Of a stretch of DNA of 64,000 nt, positions 1 to 10,389 are shown in pieces. The notes beneath the pieces are model-generated. The model was given only the letters and a program-made list of their open reading frames with translations, was not told the DNA's origin and ran no database searches. Within the stretch, counting starts at the first letter, position 1. Every line of letters begins with the position of its first letter. The position numbers were made by a program, and so were the translations under genes. The stretch is from Octopus sinensis (Eukaryota), in contig NC_042997.1 of NCBI RefSeq assembly GCF_006345805.1, forward strand, positions 193,378,001 to 193,442,000, written 5' to 3'.

Positions 1-320
1 GTCTAGATGTCTTGCGACTGCCACTCCTGAGGAAAACATTCGTCACATGCACCACATGGTGATGGATGACAGGTGTTTGACTATAAATCAAATAGCTATT
101 AACATACCCCATGAGAGAGTTGAGAATATTCTGCACAATGAACTTGGCATGATGAAGGCTTCTGTTCAGTGGGTGCTACATCTTCTGACACCTGATCAAA
201 AGTGCACCAGGCTGATTAGATCGTGGGAAAATCTGACATCATTTGAGGCAGATCCATCTGGTTTCCTTGAATGTTTTCGAACCCAGGATAAGCGTTGGCT
301 TCATCACTTTGAACTGAAGA

Positions 321-733
321 TAGGTGCAGGAGTGGCTGTGTAGTAAGTAGCTTGCTTACCAACCACATGGTTTCGGGTTCAGTCCCACTGTGTGGCACTT
401 TGGGCAAGTATCTTCTACTATAGCCTCGGGCCGACCAAAGCCTTGTGAGTGGATTTGGTAGATGGAAACTGAAAGAAGCCCACCGTATATATATATGTCG
501 TATATATATGTCGTATATATATGTTTGTGTGTCTGTTTGTCCCCCCCAACATCGCTTGACAACCGATGCTGGCGTGTTTACGTCCCCGTAACTTAGCGGT
601 TCGGCAAAAGAGACCGATAGAATAAGTACTAGGCTTACAAAGAATAAGTCCTGGGGGGGTCGATTTGCTCAACTAAAGGCGTTGCTCCAGCATGGCCACA
701 GTCAAATGACTGAAACAAGTAAAAGAGTAAAAG
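321..733 (+). mobile_element. tRNA-derived SINE family A, full length
   Basis: A-box-like TGGCTGTGTAGT, B-box-like GGTTCAGTCCC, CCTTGGGCAAGT-like core, internal (TA)n, tail TGACTGAAACAAGTAAAAGAGTAAAAGAG. Removing it rejoins the mariner frame. More than 15 related copies occur in the window. Confidence 0.85.
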
Positions 734-1214
734 AGACAATTCATGCAGTGGAAACACCCCTCCTCACCTGCTCCAAAGAAGACCAAGGGCGTTTCATCTG
801 ATAGCCTCAGTTTTTTTTGGATGCAAAAGACATTGTATTTATTGACTATCTTCAAAAGGGCCATGCCATCAATGGTGATTACTATGCCAACTGCTGAGGC
901 AGTTATGAAAGCTGTCAAGACCAAACACCTTGGAAAACTGACAAAAAGGGTCTTGTTTCACCAGAACAATGCTCCAGCATACAAGTCCCTGGTTTGAATG
1001 GCTGCTGTGCATGACTGTGGCTTTGAACTGGTTGATTATTTCACCTGTTCTTCTGATTTTGCCCCCACTTGACTATCATCTGTTCTTCAAATGGAATAAC
1101 ACTTGGCTGGGAACCAGTATCACAGTGAAGATGATGTCATATCTGCTGTTGATGGCTTTTTTGAGCAAAAGCATGAAATCGTCTTCACGAATGAGAATCC
1201 AGCACTGCAATACC

Positions 1215-1460
1215 TATTTCTTTACTACCCACAAGGGGCTACACACAGAAGGGACAAACAAGGACAAACAAGGACAAACAAACGGATTAAGTTGATTACA
1301 TCGACCCCAGTGCGTAACTGGTATTTAATTTATCAACCCCGAAAGGATGAAAGGCAAAGTCGACCTCGGCGGAATTTGAACTCAGAACGTAACAGCACAC
1401 AAAATACAGCTACGTATTTCACTTGGCGTGCCAACATTTCTGCTAGCTCACCACCTTATG
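1215..1460 (-). mobile_element. tRNA-derived SINE family B inserted in mariner
   Basis: Minus-strand head with GAGTTCAAATTCC B-box and core GTCGACTTTGCCTTTCATCCTTTCGGGG. Flanked by direct repeat CAGCACTG(C/T)AATACC at 1200-1214 and 1461-1475. Confidence 0.85.
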
Positions 1461-1630
1461 CAGCACTGTAATACCAATGGAAGAAGTGTGTTGAGAAGTA
1501 AACCTCATTTGGTCACATATCATGAAAGTATTTTGGTCAGCCTAGGAACTTTTCAGCCAACCCTCGTATAATGAAGGAATTGAGGTTTTAAAAGTACAGT
1601 TAAATGATTTAGTGGCCTTGTGATTGCCTA

Positions 1631-1812
1631 CTCTTTACTCTTTTACTTGTTGCAGTCATTTGACTGTGGCCATGCTGGAGCACCGCCTTTAGTCAAGCAA
1701 ATCGACCCCAGGACTTATTCTTTGTAAGCCTAGTACTTAGTCTATCAGTCTCTTTTGCCAAACTGCTAAGTTACGGGGACGCAAACACACCAGCATCGGT
1801 TGTCAAGCGATG
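1631..1812 (-). mobile_element. SINE family A, 3' half
   Basis: Reverse complement of the 3' part of the 321-733 element, including the tail. Confidence 0.8.
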
Positions 1813-1832
1813 TAACCCCTCTAATATTAACC

Positions 1833-1878
<46 letters not shown>

Positions 1879-1879
<1 letters not shown>

Positions 1880-2068
1880 CAAAAACACAAGGACTTACAA
1901 ATATATATAACATACAGAAAATTGCACAACTGGGCACTGCACACATCCTACTCAAAACACTTTCAATACAGTAACCATCGGAGCATCACAACAAATAACA
2001 ACACATACCCAAGGCACACAGAGCTGCGCTCAGTAGTGAAGTGAAAGCACGCTATAAAAATAAAACTA

Positions 2069-2071
<3 letters not shown>
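1879..2071 (+). mobile_element. 3' end of RLE-clade (R4/Dong-like) LINE between (TAA)n tracts
   Basis: Encodes TQGLTNIYNIQKIAQLGTAHILLKTLSIQ*, which aligns by eye with the C-terminus of the adjacent RLE fragment. (TAA)n on both sides. Confidence 0.65.
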
Positions 2072-2161
<90 letters not shown>

Positions 2162-2164
2162 AAA

Positions 2165-2628
2165 GACCAAAACAATAAAGTTTGCTTATTGATCGACATG
2201 AGCATCCCCTGTGATCATAATATCTCGACAAAAGAGTTTGACAAGCTCAGAAAATATAAAGACCTGCTCATTGAAATTGAGAAAATGTGGCATCTCAAGG
2301 CGGTTACAATACCAGTGATCGTAGGAGCACTAGGAATGATCAAGAAGGGAACCGAAAATTATATGAGAATGATCCCTGGCTTACCATCCCTGCAAGAAGT
2401 GCAAAAGATTGTCTTAACTGGTACATCACACGTATTGAGAAGAGCATTGTCGATGTGAGAACTGTTACTACCCATGTATTTTAATTTAACTTAAAAAAAA
2501 AAAAATGAACGAACTAGTGAGTTTAGTTTAATGGCCTACCAATGTATACTATGAGTTTCTTTGCCCTAGGAGTCGGGAAGACACTCGGCAAGAAATGGAA
2601 GCAAATTTGAAAGAAGAAGAAAAAAAAG
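2165..2628 (+). mobile_element. 5'-truncated RLE-clade (R4/Dong-like) LINE, restriction-like endonuclease tail
   Basis: ORF 2189-2458 LIDMSIPCDHNISTKEFDKLRKYKDLLIEIEKMWHLKAVTIPVIVGALG matches the C-terminal PD-(D/E)xK endonuclease region of R4/Dong-type elements. Followed by (TAA)n 2629-2668. Confidence 0.8.
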
Positions 2629-2669
<41 letters not shown>

Positions 2670-2924
2670 CCTTTCTACTAAAGGCACAAGGCCTGAGATT
2701 TGGTGGTGGGAGACTAGTCGATTACATTGACTCCAGCGTTGGTATTTAATTTATCAACCCCGAAAGGATGATAGGCAAAGTCGACCTCGGCAGAATTTGA
2801 ACTCGAGACTGGAAAGCAAAAAAGTAATCCGAAAGAAGTTAAAGGAGTTATCTCCCTTATACCATAAATTATAAGGCTGAAATATAAAAATTAATATCGA
2901 GGCCAATCTCACCACCGCGGACTT

Positions 2925-3308
2925 ATAATAATAATGAAATTAATGTATAGTGCTCAGGTGCACCGCAACTTGTCAAAAGTGTGTATAAAGAATATGCATT
3001 AATGTAGAAATGTCTGGAAAGTGAACAATGTATGAGTCAGATACATGCTTGCCTGTGTATATGGAGGGGAGAAAATCAGGTGTGGTGTTGGTGAATCTCA
3101 GGAAGCATGGAAGTTTTGAAGGATGCAGTGCTCCGACAACTAACAACTGATGCCGGCAGTCTGTTCCATGCTTCAGCAACTCTTAGTGTGAAAAAATGTT
3201 TCCGAAAGTCATGGGAGCTGTGTTGTTTTCTGACTTTGTAAACATGTCCTCGGTGGAGTTTGAAAAGGTGTTCAGAGTTGTTAGTAAGATGGCTAATAAT
3301 TTTATTAT
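2925..3308 (-). mobile_element. CR1-clade LINE 3' fragment
   Basis: RGHVYKVRKQHSSHDFRKHFFTLRVAEAWNRLP, the CR1 ORF2 C-terminal motif. Same family as 5835-6252 and 52440-53625. Confidence 0.85.
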
Positions 3309-3890
3309 AGACGTCACGCTCGACTTGGGCTCCTGTACATACAGGCCCTACTGCAAGCCAAGTGAGAGGTTGACATACATAAACACAGCCTCCTGCCACC
3401 CACCCATCGTGTTCAGAAACTCTGGAGAAGGGTGTCAGCAAGACGATTACGAATTTTTCGTCTTGTCGAGAGATTCTTGACGCAGCAGCCCCCTATATAA
3501 AGAGACACTAGTTGCTGGCGGATTTTGTGACCGCATCTTCTACGCGCCGGGTTCTAACACCCGCAGAAGGAAGTGCTGCAGAAATATTATTTGGTTTTCC
3601 CGTACCCTTCTTCTTCAAAGTTAAAACGTGGAAAGGTAGAATATTCCCTAGGCTTGTAGATAAACACTCCACACGTTCACATAGGTACGGATGCATTTTC
3701 AAAGGACACAACCCGAGAGTCTCTTTTAGCCGCGCCCTTAATATTAAGAGCATTCTTATTAATACTCCAAGGCCACGAGTGGAGGCGGGATGCTCATGCA
3801 GGGACAATATTAGATGCCTAGTGGGAAGCCATTGCGAAACCAAGGGAGTCATCTATGAAGCTGGGGTGGTAGCCGACCTTTGCAGCAGCA
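3309..3890 (+). mobile_element. Penelope-like element fragment (RT thumb to start of GIY-YIG)
   Basis: DVTLDL..TYRPYCKP..LTYINTASCHPP; VKTWKGRIFPRLVDKH..VSFS..NIKSI; CSCRDNIRCLVGSHCETKGVIYEA. These are typical PLE motifs; frameshifted. Confidence 0.85.
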
Positions 3891-3989
3891 GGTTTCCAAT
3901 AATTATAGATGGACACTAAAGAGGGAACGGTTTTGTTATCCAGCTCTGTTTACGAGTGACCCCTCAGTTTATGGCCACAGGGTATCTTT

Positions 3990-4270
3990 TTTTCTCATAA
4001 ATAACAGTGACACATTGATATGACACCGCCAGAAAATGTTGTTGACAAACTACGGCAGAAATTGTATTCACCTCAATAGACGTCATTGATTGGTTGAAAT
4101 TGCCGAAATGCAAGAAATTAAACAACAAATAGCTTACAAACTACAGAATTTTCTCAAGAAAGCCCCCCCCCCAAAAGATGCTTTATGTAACATACTACCA
4201 GTATACGAAGTTTAAAAGTGTTTAGTTACAAATAAATTATCTTAAAAATCTGCCGGTCAAAGCGAAAAGA
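3990..4270. mobile_element. Partial MITE of the GGATCTTTTC-terminus family
   Basis: Internal similarity to 10390-10742 and terminus ...CCGGTCAAAGCGAAAAGATCC at about 4270. Confidence 0.6.
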
Positions 4271-4439
4271 TCCAAAACTTTCGTTGTCGTAATATATTGC
4301 TTTCGTTTTGTTTAATAGAATGTATCACACAGAAAATGCTAGCTTCCAAATTCTGTTTTCTGATTTAGCGTAAATAATCAAAAACTTAAACTTCTATAAC
4401 ATTTTTTCAAAAAGGCAAAGTTTCGTTTGTAGTAGCACA

Positions 4440-5390
4440 CGTTTCCGTCGATTTCCTCCGTCGATTGTCGATTTCCTCCGTCGATTTCCGTAAAAAATGT
4501 AAACACTGAATCGGCCATACATACATACATACATACACACATATATACACAGACACATACATACACACACACACATACATAGATACACACACACACACAT
4601 ACATGCAGACATACATATACACACACACCGAGTAAAAAATTACACTGAATCGGCCATACATACATACATACACACACACATACATAGATACATACACACA
4701 CACACATACATGCAGACATACATACACACACATACACAGATACATACACGCATACATACATATACACATACACCGAGTAAAAAATTACACTGAATCGGCC
4801 ATACATACATACATATATACACACATACACACACACATACATACACACACACACACATACATGCAGCCATACATATACACATAAACCGAGTAAAAAATTA
4901 CACTGAATCGGCCATACATACATACATACTCACACATACACAGATACATACACGCATACATTCAGACATACATATACACATACACCGAGTAAAAAATTAC
5001 ACTGAATCGGCCATACATACATACACACACACACATACATAGATACATACATACATACATACACACACACATACATAGATACATACACACACACACACAT
5101 ACATATACACATACATATACACATACACCGAGTAAAAAATTTCAGTTATCTCTCTCTTTCACACATTACTCTCTCTGTCTCTTCGCACACACTAACAGAA
5201 GCACTTCACTTACACAACATACTGTCTGTCTCCCACACCCCATCAATCACACACACGGGGACTTCAAAAAGAAATTCCCTCGTCATAAAATCGCTTCCTC
5301 TTAGTCTCTTTCGCTCTCATTATTTCAAATATTCCCGCAAAGCCATATGTAAAAAAATAAAAGTTTTTTACGGAAATCGACGGAACCTTC
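4440..5390. repeat. Element with subterminal inverted repeats and a central tandem array (HINE/DINE-1-like organisation)
   Basis: CCGTCGATTTCCGTAAAAA (about 4478-4496) is inverted at about 5365-5385. Between them is a head motif ACCGAGTAAAAAATTACACTGAATCGGCC at 4627, 4772, 4885 and 4984 (partial at 4501 and 5127), each followed by (CATA/CA)n. Confidence 0.65.
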
Positions 5391-5834
5391 AAAAATTTTC
5401 CTAGAACAAGTGAATATCGGATTGAACGGGCAATCTTGGCAACGAGCGATCTTAAATAACAGACAAATCTCCCTAAACGTCACTCGCTAACGGAAAATAC
5501 ACTTGCGCGTACGGGCCCCCTATAAAAGAACTTCCTGTTTTCCTCTCCTACCAGTTTGTCTGTCTCTCCCTCATTTACTCCTCCCTATTTTCCTATTTGC
5601 ATCTCACTTTCTCTCACTGAACTCTCTCCTTCCTATAATCTTTCCCCTCTATTCCCCGCTTTCCTTCTCTGTCACGCATGTAGCTATTTGACAGCCATGT
5701 ACCCCAATGTATTGCTTTGTATGTCCTTGTGCTGTCTCCGCTAAGTTATGGCCGTAGTGCCAAAATAAAGAAAGAAATGTTTATTATACATGCATTTACG
5801 AGATGGCGCTAAGGACGATATCGCAGGGTGAGAG

Positions 5835-6252
5835 CTTGGCAGACACCCATAAAATTATCAACCATCGTACAAACAATAACTCTGAGTACCTTTTCAAACT
5901 CCACCCATCTAACACCCGTGGACATATTTACAAAGTCAGAAAACAGCACAGCTCCCATGACTTCAGGAAACATTTTTTCACGCTGAGAGTTGCTGAAGCA
6001 TGGAATAAACTGCCGACATCAGTTGTTAGTTGTCGGAGCACTGCATCCTTCAAAACTTCCATGCTTCCTGAGATTCGCCAACACTACACCTGATTTTCTC
6101 TCCTCCATACACATGCAAGCATGTATCTGACTCATACATTGTTCGCTTTCCAGACATTTCTACATTACTGCATATGCTTTATATGCACTTTTGACAAGTT
6201 GCAGTGCATCTGAGCACTGTATACAATAATTTCATTATTATTTTTATTATTA
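5835..6252 (+). mobile_element. CR1-clade LINE 3' fragment with (ATT)n tail
   Basis: ADTHKIINH..NTRGHIYKVRKQHSSHDFRKHFFTLRVAEAWNKLP; 3' UTR and ATT-rich tail. Confidence 0.9.
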
Positions 6253-6260
6253 TAAAACTC

Positions 6261-6770
6261 TGTATCCTCCCTTCCACTTTTACAGAAAACCCAAGGTATA
6301 TGCGGTAGTACTAGCGAACAGTGGTCCCGGTGCGCGCACTCGCACATCCGCGCTAGCTAGTCGTAAGTAGTCGATCCTACAACGACTTGCGCGTATGTTT
6401 GTATTTCAAGGCTGAATACATATCAAAGAAAATTAAATAATATTTTTCGAACAAAGTAAATAATTTTTTAAACTAAGTAAATAAATTATTTTTATAAACA
6501 AACTAAGGTTAGGGTTAAAAAATTAGGTTTACGGTTAGGGTTAGGCTTAGGTTTACGGTTAGGGTTAGGGTTAAGAAGTCGTTGTAGGATCGACTACTTA
6601 CGACTATCTAGCACGGATGCGCGCACCGGGACCACTGTTCGCTAGTAGTACCGGTATATGCATGAGAGCACACTGGCTTTGATTGCTATGACTTATGTTC
6701 GTAATAATGGACGTCCTGATCTTTTCATCACTTTTACTTGGAATCCTAAACAGGACGAAGTTCAGAGATA
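6261..6770 (+). mobile_element. Helitron Rep-domain fragment interrupted by a MITE
   Basis: Removing 6304-6661 gives CILPSTFTENPRYMHESTLALIAMTYVRNNGRPDLFITFTWNPKQDEV. This matches the Helitron Rep segment LPS(S/T)F.G.PRYM...DAM.YV...G.PDLFITFT.NP. Confidence 0.85.
6304..6652. mobile_element. MITE with GGTA termini, 9-bp TSD and internal TTAGGG-like repeats (Merlin- or MULE-like)
   Basis: TIR GGTA(G/C)TACTAGCGAACAGTGGTCCCGGTGCGCGC; TSD GGTATATGC at 6295-6303 and 6653-6661; TTAGGG-like run about 6505-6573. Confidence 0.9.
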
Positions 6771-6871
6771 TTTCCAAGGCAGTTCTACACCAGTTGGATT
6801 GATCTAATAGCAAAACTATAATTTAGCGGATCCAGTATCAATATGGCTAAAACACATGATCTGGAACAATA

Positions 6872-7259
6872 TCTTTATATATAAAAGAGAAGTTGTGTGT
6901 CTGTCTCCTACGATTTAGATTCCTAACTACTCCCACATTTTGCGGTGCAGTTTAACCAAAACCGGGTATCTTATAGTCGTGATTCATATCGAGCCCTTCT
7001 GGGCATTAGCGCGCGTCTACGATGAGTATACGATTTAAAAAAAAATTTACCATCATTTTTTTCCATTTTAATGCATTTTTTCGCTATTATATAAGGGAAG
7101 TAACTCTCTTAAAATGTCTACGATGAGTCAACGATTTAAAAAAAATTTACCATAATTTTTTTCCCCATTTTTAATGCATTTTTTTGGCTATAACTCTCTA
7201 AAAATGCTTATATAGTTATTTCCCTTACAAACCCGAGCAACGCCGGGCGATACTGCTAG
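6872..7259 (+). mobile_element. Non-autonomous Helitron
   Basis: 5' TC start, 3' hairpin CCCGAGCAACGCCGGG, CTAG end, inserted between A and T, no TSD. Confidence 0.9.
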
Positions 7260-7370
7260 TTATAAATAAAACTGCAATGTCCTGGTAGGAATTATCAATT
7301 CTGTTATTTAAAATGTTACAGTTTAACACCTTTTCTAATATTTTAATCCACCTATAAACGTAAATGTGCA

Positions 7371-7670
7371 GGCGCAATGGCCCAATGGTTAAGGCAGCGG
7401 ACTTGCGTTCGTAGGATCGCGGTTTCGATTCCAAGACCGGGCGTTGTGAGTGTTTATTGAGCGAAAACACCTAAAGCTCCACGATGCTCCAGCAGCGGAT
7501 GGTGGCGAACCCTGCTGTACTCTTTCGCCACAACTTTCTCCCACTCTTTCTTCTGATGGCCTGCTCGCTTAGCCAGCGGGGTGGCGTCATTTGAAGGCTA
7601 AAACAATGCGAAGCGCATTGTGACCAGCGATGTGTAGCAACCTCTGATAGCCTGGTCGGTCACGGTGATA
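7371..7670 (+). mobile_element. tRNA-derived SINE family D (Arg-like head)
   Basis: GGCGCAATGGCCCAATGGTTAAGGCAGCGGAC..GGTTTCGATTCC head continues into 230 bp of non-tRNA body. A second copy lies at 21980-22259 (-). Confidence 0.85.
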
Positions 7671-7874
7671 CAAGTAAATATTTATTTATTTACATGTCTA
7701 TCTATTCGTCTCTATGCCAATCAATATGGCTAAAATACATTATCTGGAACAATATTTATAAATAAAACTGCAATGTCCTGGTAGGAATTATTAATTCTGT
7801 TAAACATGTTGATTGATATACATAGAGACTAATAGATACACATGTAAATAAACCGCGAAACATTTATAGATATA

Positions 7875-8411
7875 CTAGCAGTATCGCCCGGCGTTGCTCG
7901 GGTTTTTAAGGGAAATAACTATATAAGCATTTTTAGAGAGTTATAGCAAAAAAATGCATTAAAAATGGAATAAAAAATGATGATAATTTTTTTTTTTAAA
8001 TCGTTGACTCAGTGTCTTCAAGCCATGAAGTCGTTGTTCTAAAAGAACGCTGGTCTCCTTGACAACGCTTTACGACGTTGATTTCTTTACACTCCCTTCC
8101 CCACAGCTTCACGAGGGAGGGAAGAAGGGGGAGAAGCAAACACAGGTGCAGGTGTTTGAGCGTGGACGCCAACTCCGCCGCCATCGACACACGAAATATT
8201 ATGCATTAAAATGGAATAAAAAATTATGTTAAATTATTTTTAAAATCGTAGACTCATCGTAGACGCGCGCTAATACTCAGAAGGGCTCGATATTAATCAC
8301 GACTATAAGATACCCGAATTTGGTTAAACTGCACCGCAAAATGTGGGAGTAGTTAGGAATCTAAATCGAAGGGGACAGACACTCACACAACTACAGTTTT
8401 ATATATATAGA
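7875..8411 (-). mobile_element. Non-autonomous Helitron, long variant
   Basis: Reverse complement of 8463-8978: CTAG and hairpin at the low end, TC start at 8411. Confidence 0.85.
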
Positions 8412-8462
8412 TATATATATATATATATGTAAAATATAATCTCGTTCAGAGATTTATTATTG

Positions 8463-8978
8463 ATATATATATAAAACTGTAGTTGTGTGAGTGTCTGTCC
8501 CCTTCGATTTAGATTCTTAACTCCTCCCACATTTTGCGGTGCAGTTTAACCAAATTCGGGTATCTTATAGTCGTGATTCATATCAAGCCCATCTGGCTAT
8601 TAGCGCGCGTCTACGATGAGTCTACGATTTTAAAAATAATTTAACATAATTTTTTATTCCATTTTAATGCATAATTTTTCGTGTGTCGATGGTGGCGGAG
8701 TTGGCGACCACGCTCAAACACCTGCACCTGTGTTTGCTTCTCCCCCTTCTTCCCTCCCTTGTGAAGCTGTGGGGAAGGGAGTGTAAAGAAATCAACGTCG
8801 TAATGCGTTGTCAAGGAGACCAGCGTTCTTTTAGAACAACGACTTCATGGCTTGAAGACACCAAAACAGAAATGGCTAAGAAAGCCCGAATTGGCATCTA
8901 TAAAGGAAGTAACTCTCTAAAAATGCTTATATAGTTATTTCCCTTACAAATCCGAGCAACGCCGGGCGATACTGCTAG
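8463..8978 (+). mobile_element. Non-autonomous Helitron, long variant
   Basis: Same termini as 6872-7259 plus an extra internal segment of about 200 bp (about 8682-8870). Confidence 0.85.
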
Positions 8979-9364
8979 TCTTTATATATAAAAGTGAAGT
9001 TGTGTGTCTGTCTCCTACGATTTAGATTCCTAACTACTCCCACATTTTGCGGTGCAGTGTAACCAAAAGCGGGTATCTTATAGTCGTGATTCATATCGAG
9101 CCCTTCTGGGTATTAGCGCGCGTCTACGATGAGTCTACGATTAAAAAAAAAATTTACCATCTTTTTTTTCCATTTTAATGCATTTTTTCGCTATTATATA
9201 AGGGAAGTAACTCTCTAAAAATGTCTACAATGAGTCAACGATTAAAAAAAAAATTACCATCATTTGTTTTCCATTTTTAATGCATTTTTTGGCTAGAACT
9301 CTCTAAAAATGCTTATATAGTTATTTCCCTTACAAACCCGAGCAACGCCGGGCGATACTGCTAG
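8979..9364 (+). mobile_element. Non-autonomous Helitron, head-to-tail with the preceding copy
   Basis: TCTTTATATATAAAAG starts immediately after CTAG of the previous copy; ends with hairpin and CTAG at 9361-9364. Confidence 0.9.
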
Positions 9365-10389
9365 TTTAGATATAAAACTTGAATATTCCCTTCACTGGAA
9401 GCCATAAAGATTTTAACGCATTTTTAAAGACATAGGAAACGTAAACATCTCGAGTTATTTCCCTTGCACCATTAGATTTTTGTCTTATTTTTGCATTCAC
9501 GGAATTTATATCTTTTATCTTTGTCTCTCTCTGTCATTCATTGTTCCACTATGGTCGAGACAATTGAATTTACTATTTCATATTGTGTTGGATTTTTTTT
9601 ATAACCAATGATTTTCATTTCCTCACACAATCTCATTATGTCAGTTCATTATTTGTTAGTTCTGTTGACTGATTCTAAAAAATTCCAACTGATGGTCTTT
9701 CTTTATTTTGATAAAAATAACATCATCATCATCATTGTTCGACCGTGGTCGAGACAATGGAATTTACTATGTTACGCCAGACTTCACGGTCCATCATAGC
9801 ATTACGGAGGTCCTGTTGCTGGATGCCTGTATCCCTGGAGATTACATCAGGTTAGGAGAGTGTGCGCCCTCTGGTATCGCGAGCAGATGGCTTCCAGAGG
9901 AGAAGAGTAGAAATTACCCCGTTTTCAGCCCTACAACAATGTCCAGCAAACTGGACTCTTCTACCTTTCACAAGAGATGATACAGGTGGTAGTTTCCCAT
10001 ATATTTGTACTTTGGTTGGATGACGCTTCCACGAGAGATTTTGAGCTCTTTATGAGAGCTCAAAATCTCTCGTGGAGTGTAAGTTCCATCCAACCGCTCA
10101 GTCATTGCTGGGGGAACTGCCTTGAAAGGTGTAGTCGAACAAATCGCCTCCAATACTTATTCTTAAACATGGTATTAATTCCACCGGGGACGTAAATAAA
10201 CCAACACTGTGGAGAACTAACACAAACAGACACACAAACATACATACGACAGTCTTCTTTCAGTTTCCGCGTGTGAAATTTACTCACAAGGCTTTGGTCG
10301 GACTGAGGCTATAGCAGAAGACACTTGGCGGAGGTAAAGACAATGGACCGCACCCCCTTTAGGATGCTTATTATTTTTTTTTTTTTTTA

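Larger units (their letters stand above)
1..1566 (+). mobile_element. Degraded mariner transposon (5'-truncated by window), split by two SINE insertions
   Basis: Fragments match mariner transposase motifs: ILHNELGM..QWVLHLLTPDQK..TQDKRWLHH (47-320), MQWKHPSSPAPKK..LFHQNNAPAYKS (743-997), SDFAPLDYHLF..NQYHSEDDVISAVDGFF, and WKKCV after 1475. Ends in ...ACCCTCG|TA (1566-1568), a typical mariner terminus plus TA. Frameshifts and a D>N change at the second catalytic Asp indicate inactivity. Confidence 0.9.

Noticed and set aside
4378-5124. Several long Cys/Val/Tyr/Met-rich minus-strand ORFs
   Set aside because: They are translations of (CA/CATA)n microsatellite and carry no coding signal.
4500-5140. 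Regularly spaced 29-bp repeats resembling a CRISPR array
   Set aside because: Spacers are low-complexity microsatellite of variable length, the context is eukaryotic, and there are no cas genes.
6505-6573. Chromosome end or telomere fusion site
   Set aside because: The TTAGGG-like run is short, degenerate and internal to a TSD-flanked MITE.
7371-7440. tRNA-like sequence (also heads at 321, 11541, 22259 and 36214)
   Set aside because: No complete acceptor stem, and each continues into a repeated SINE body; these are not tRNA genes.
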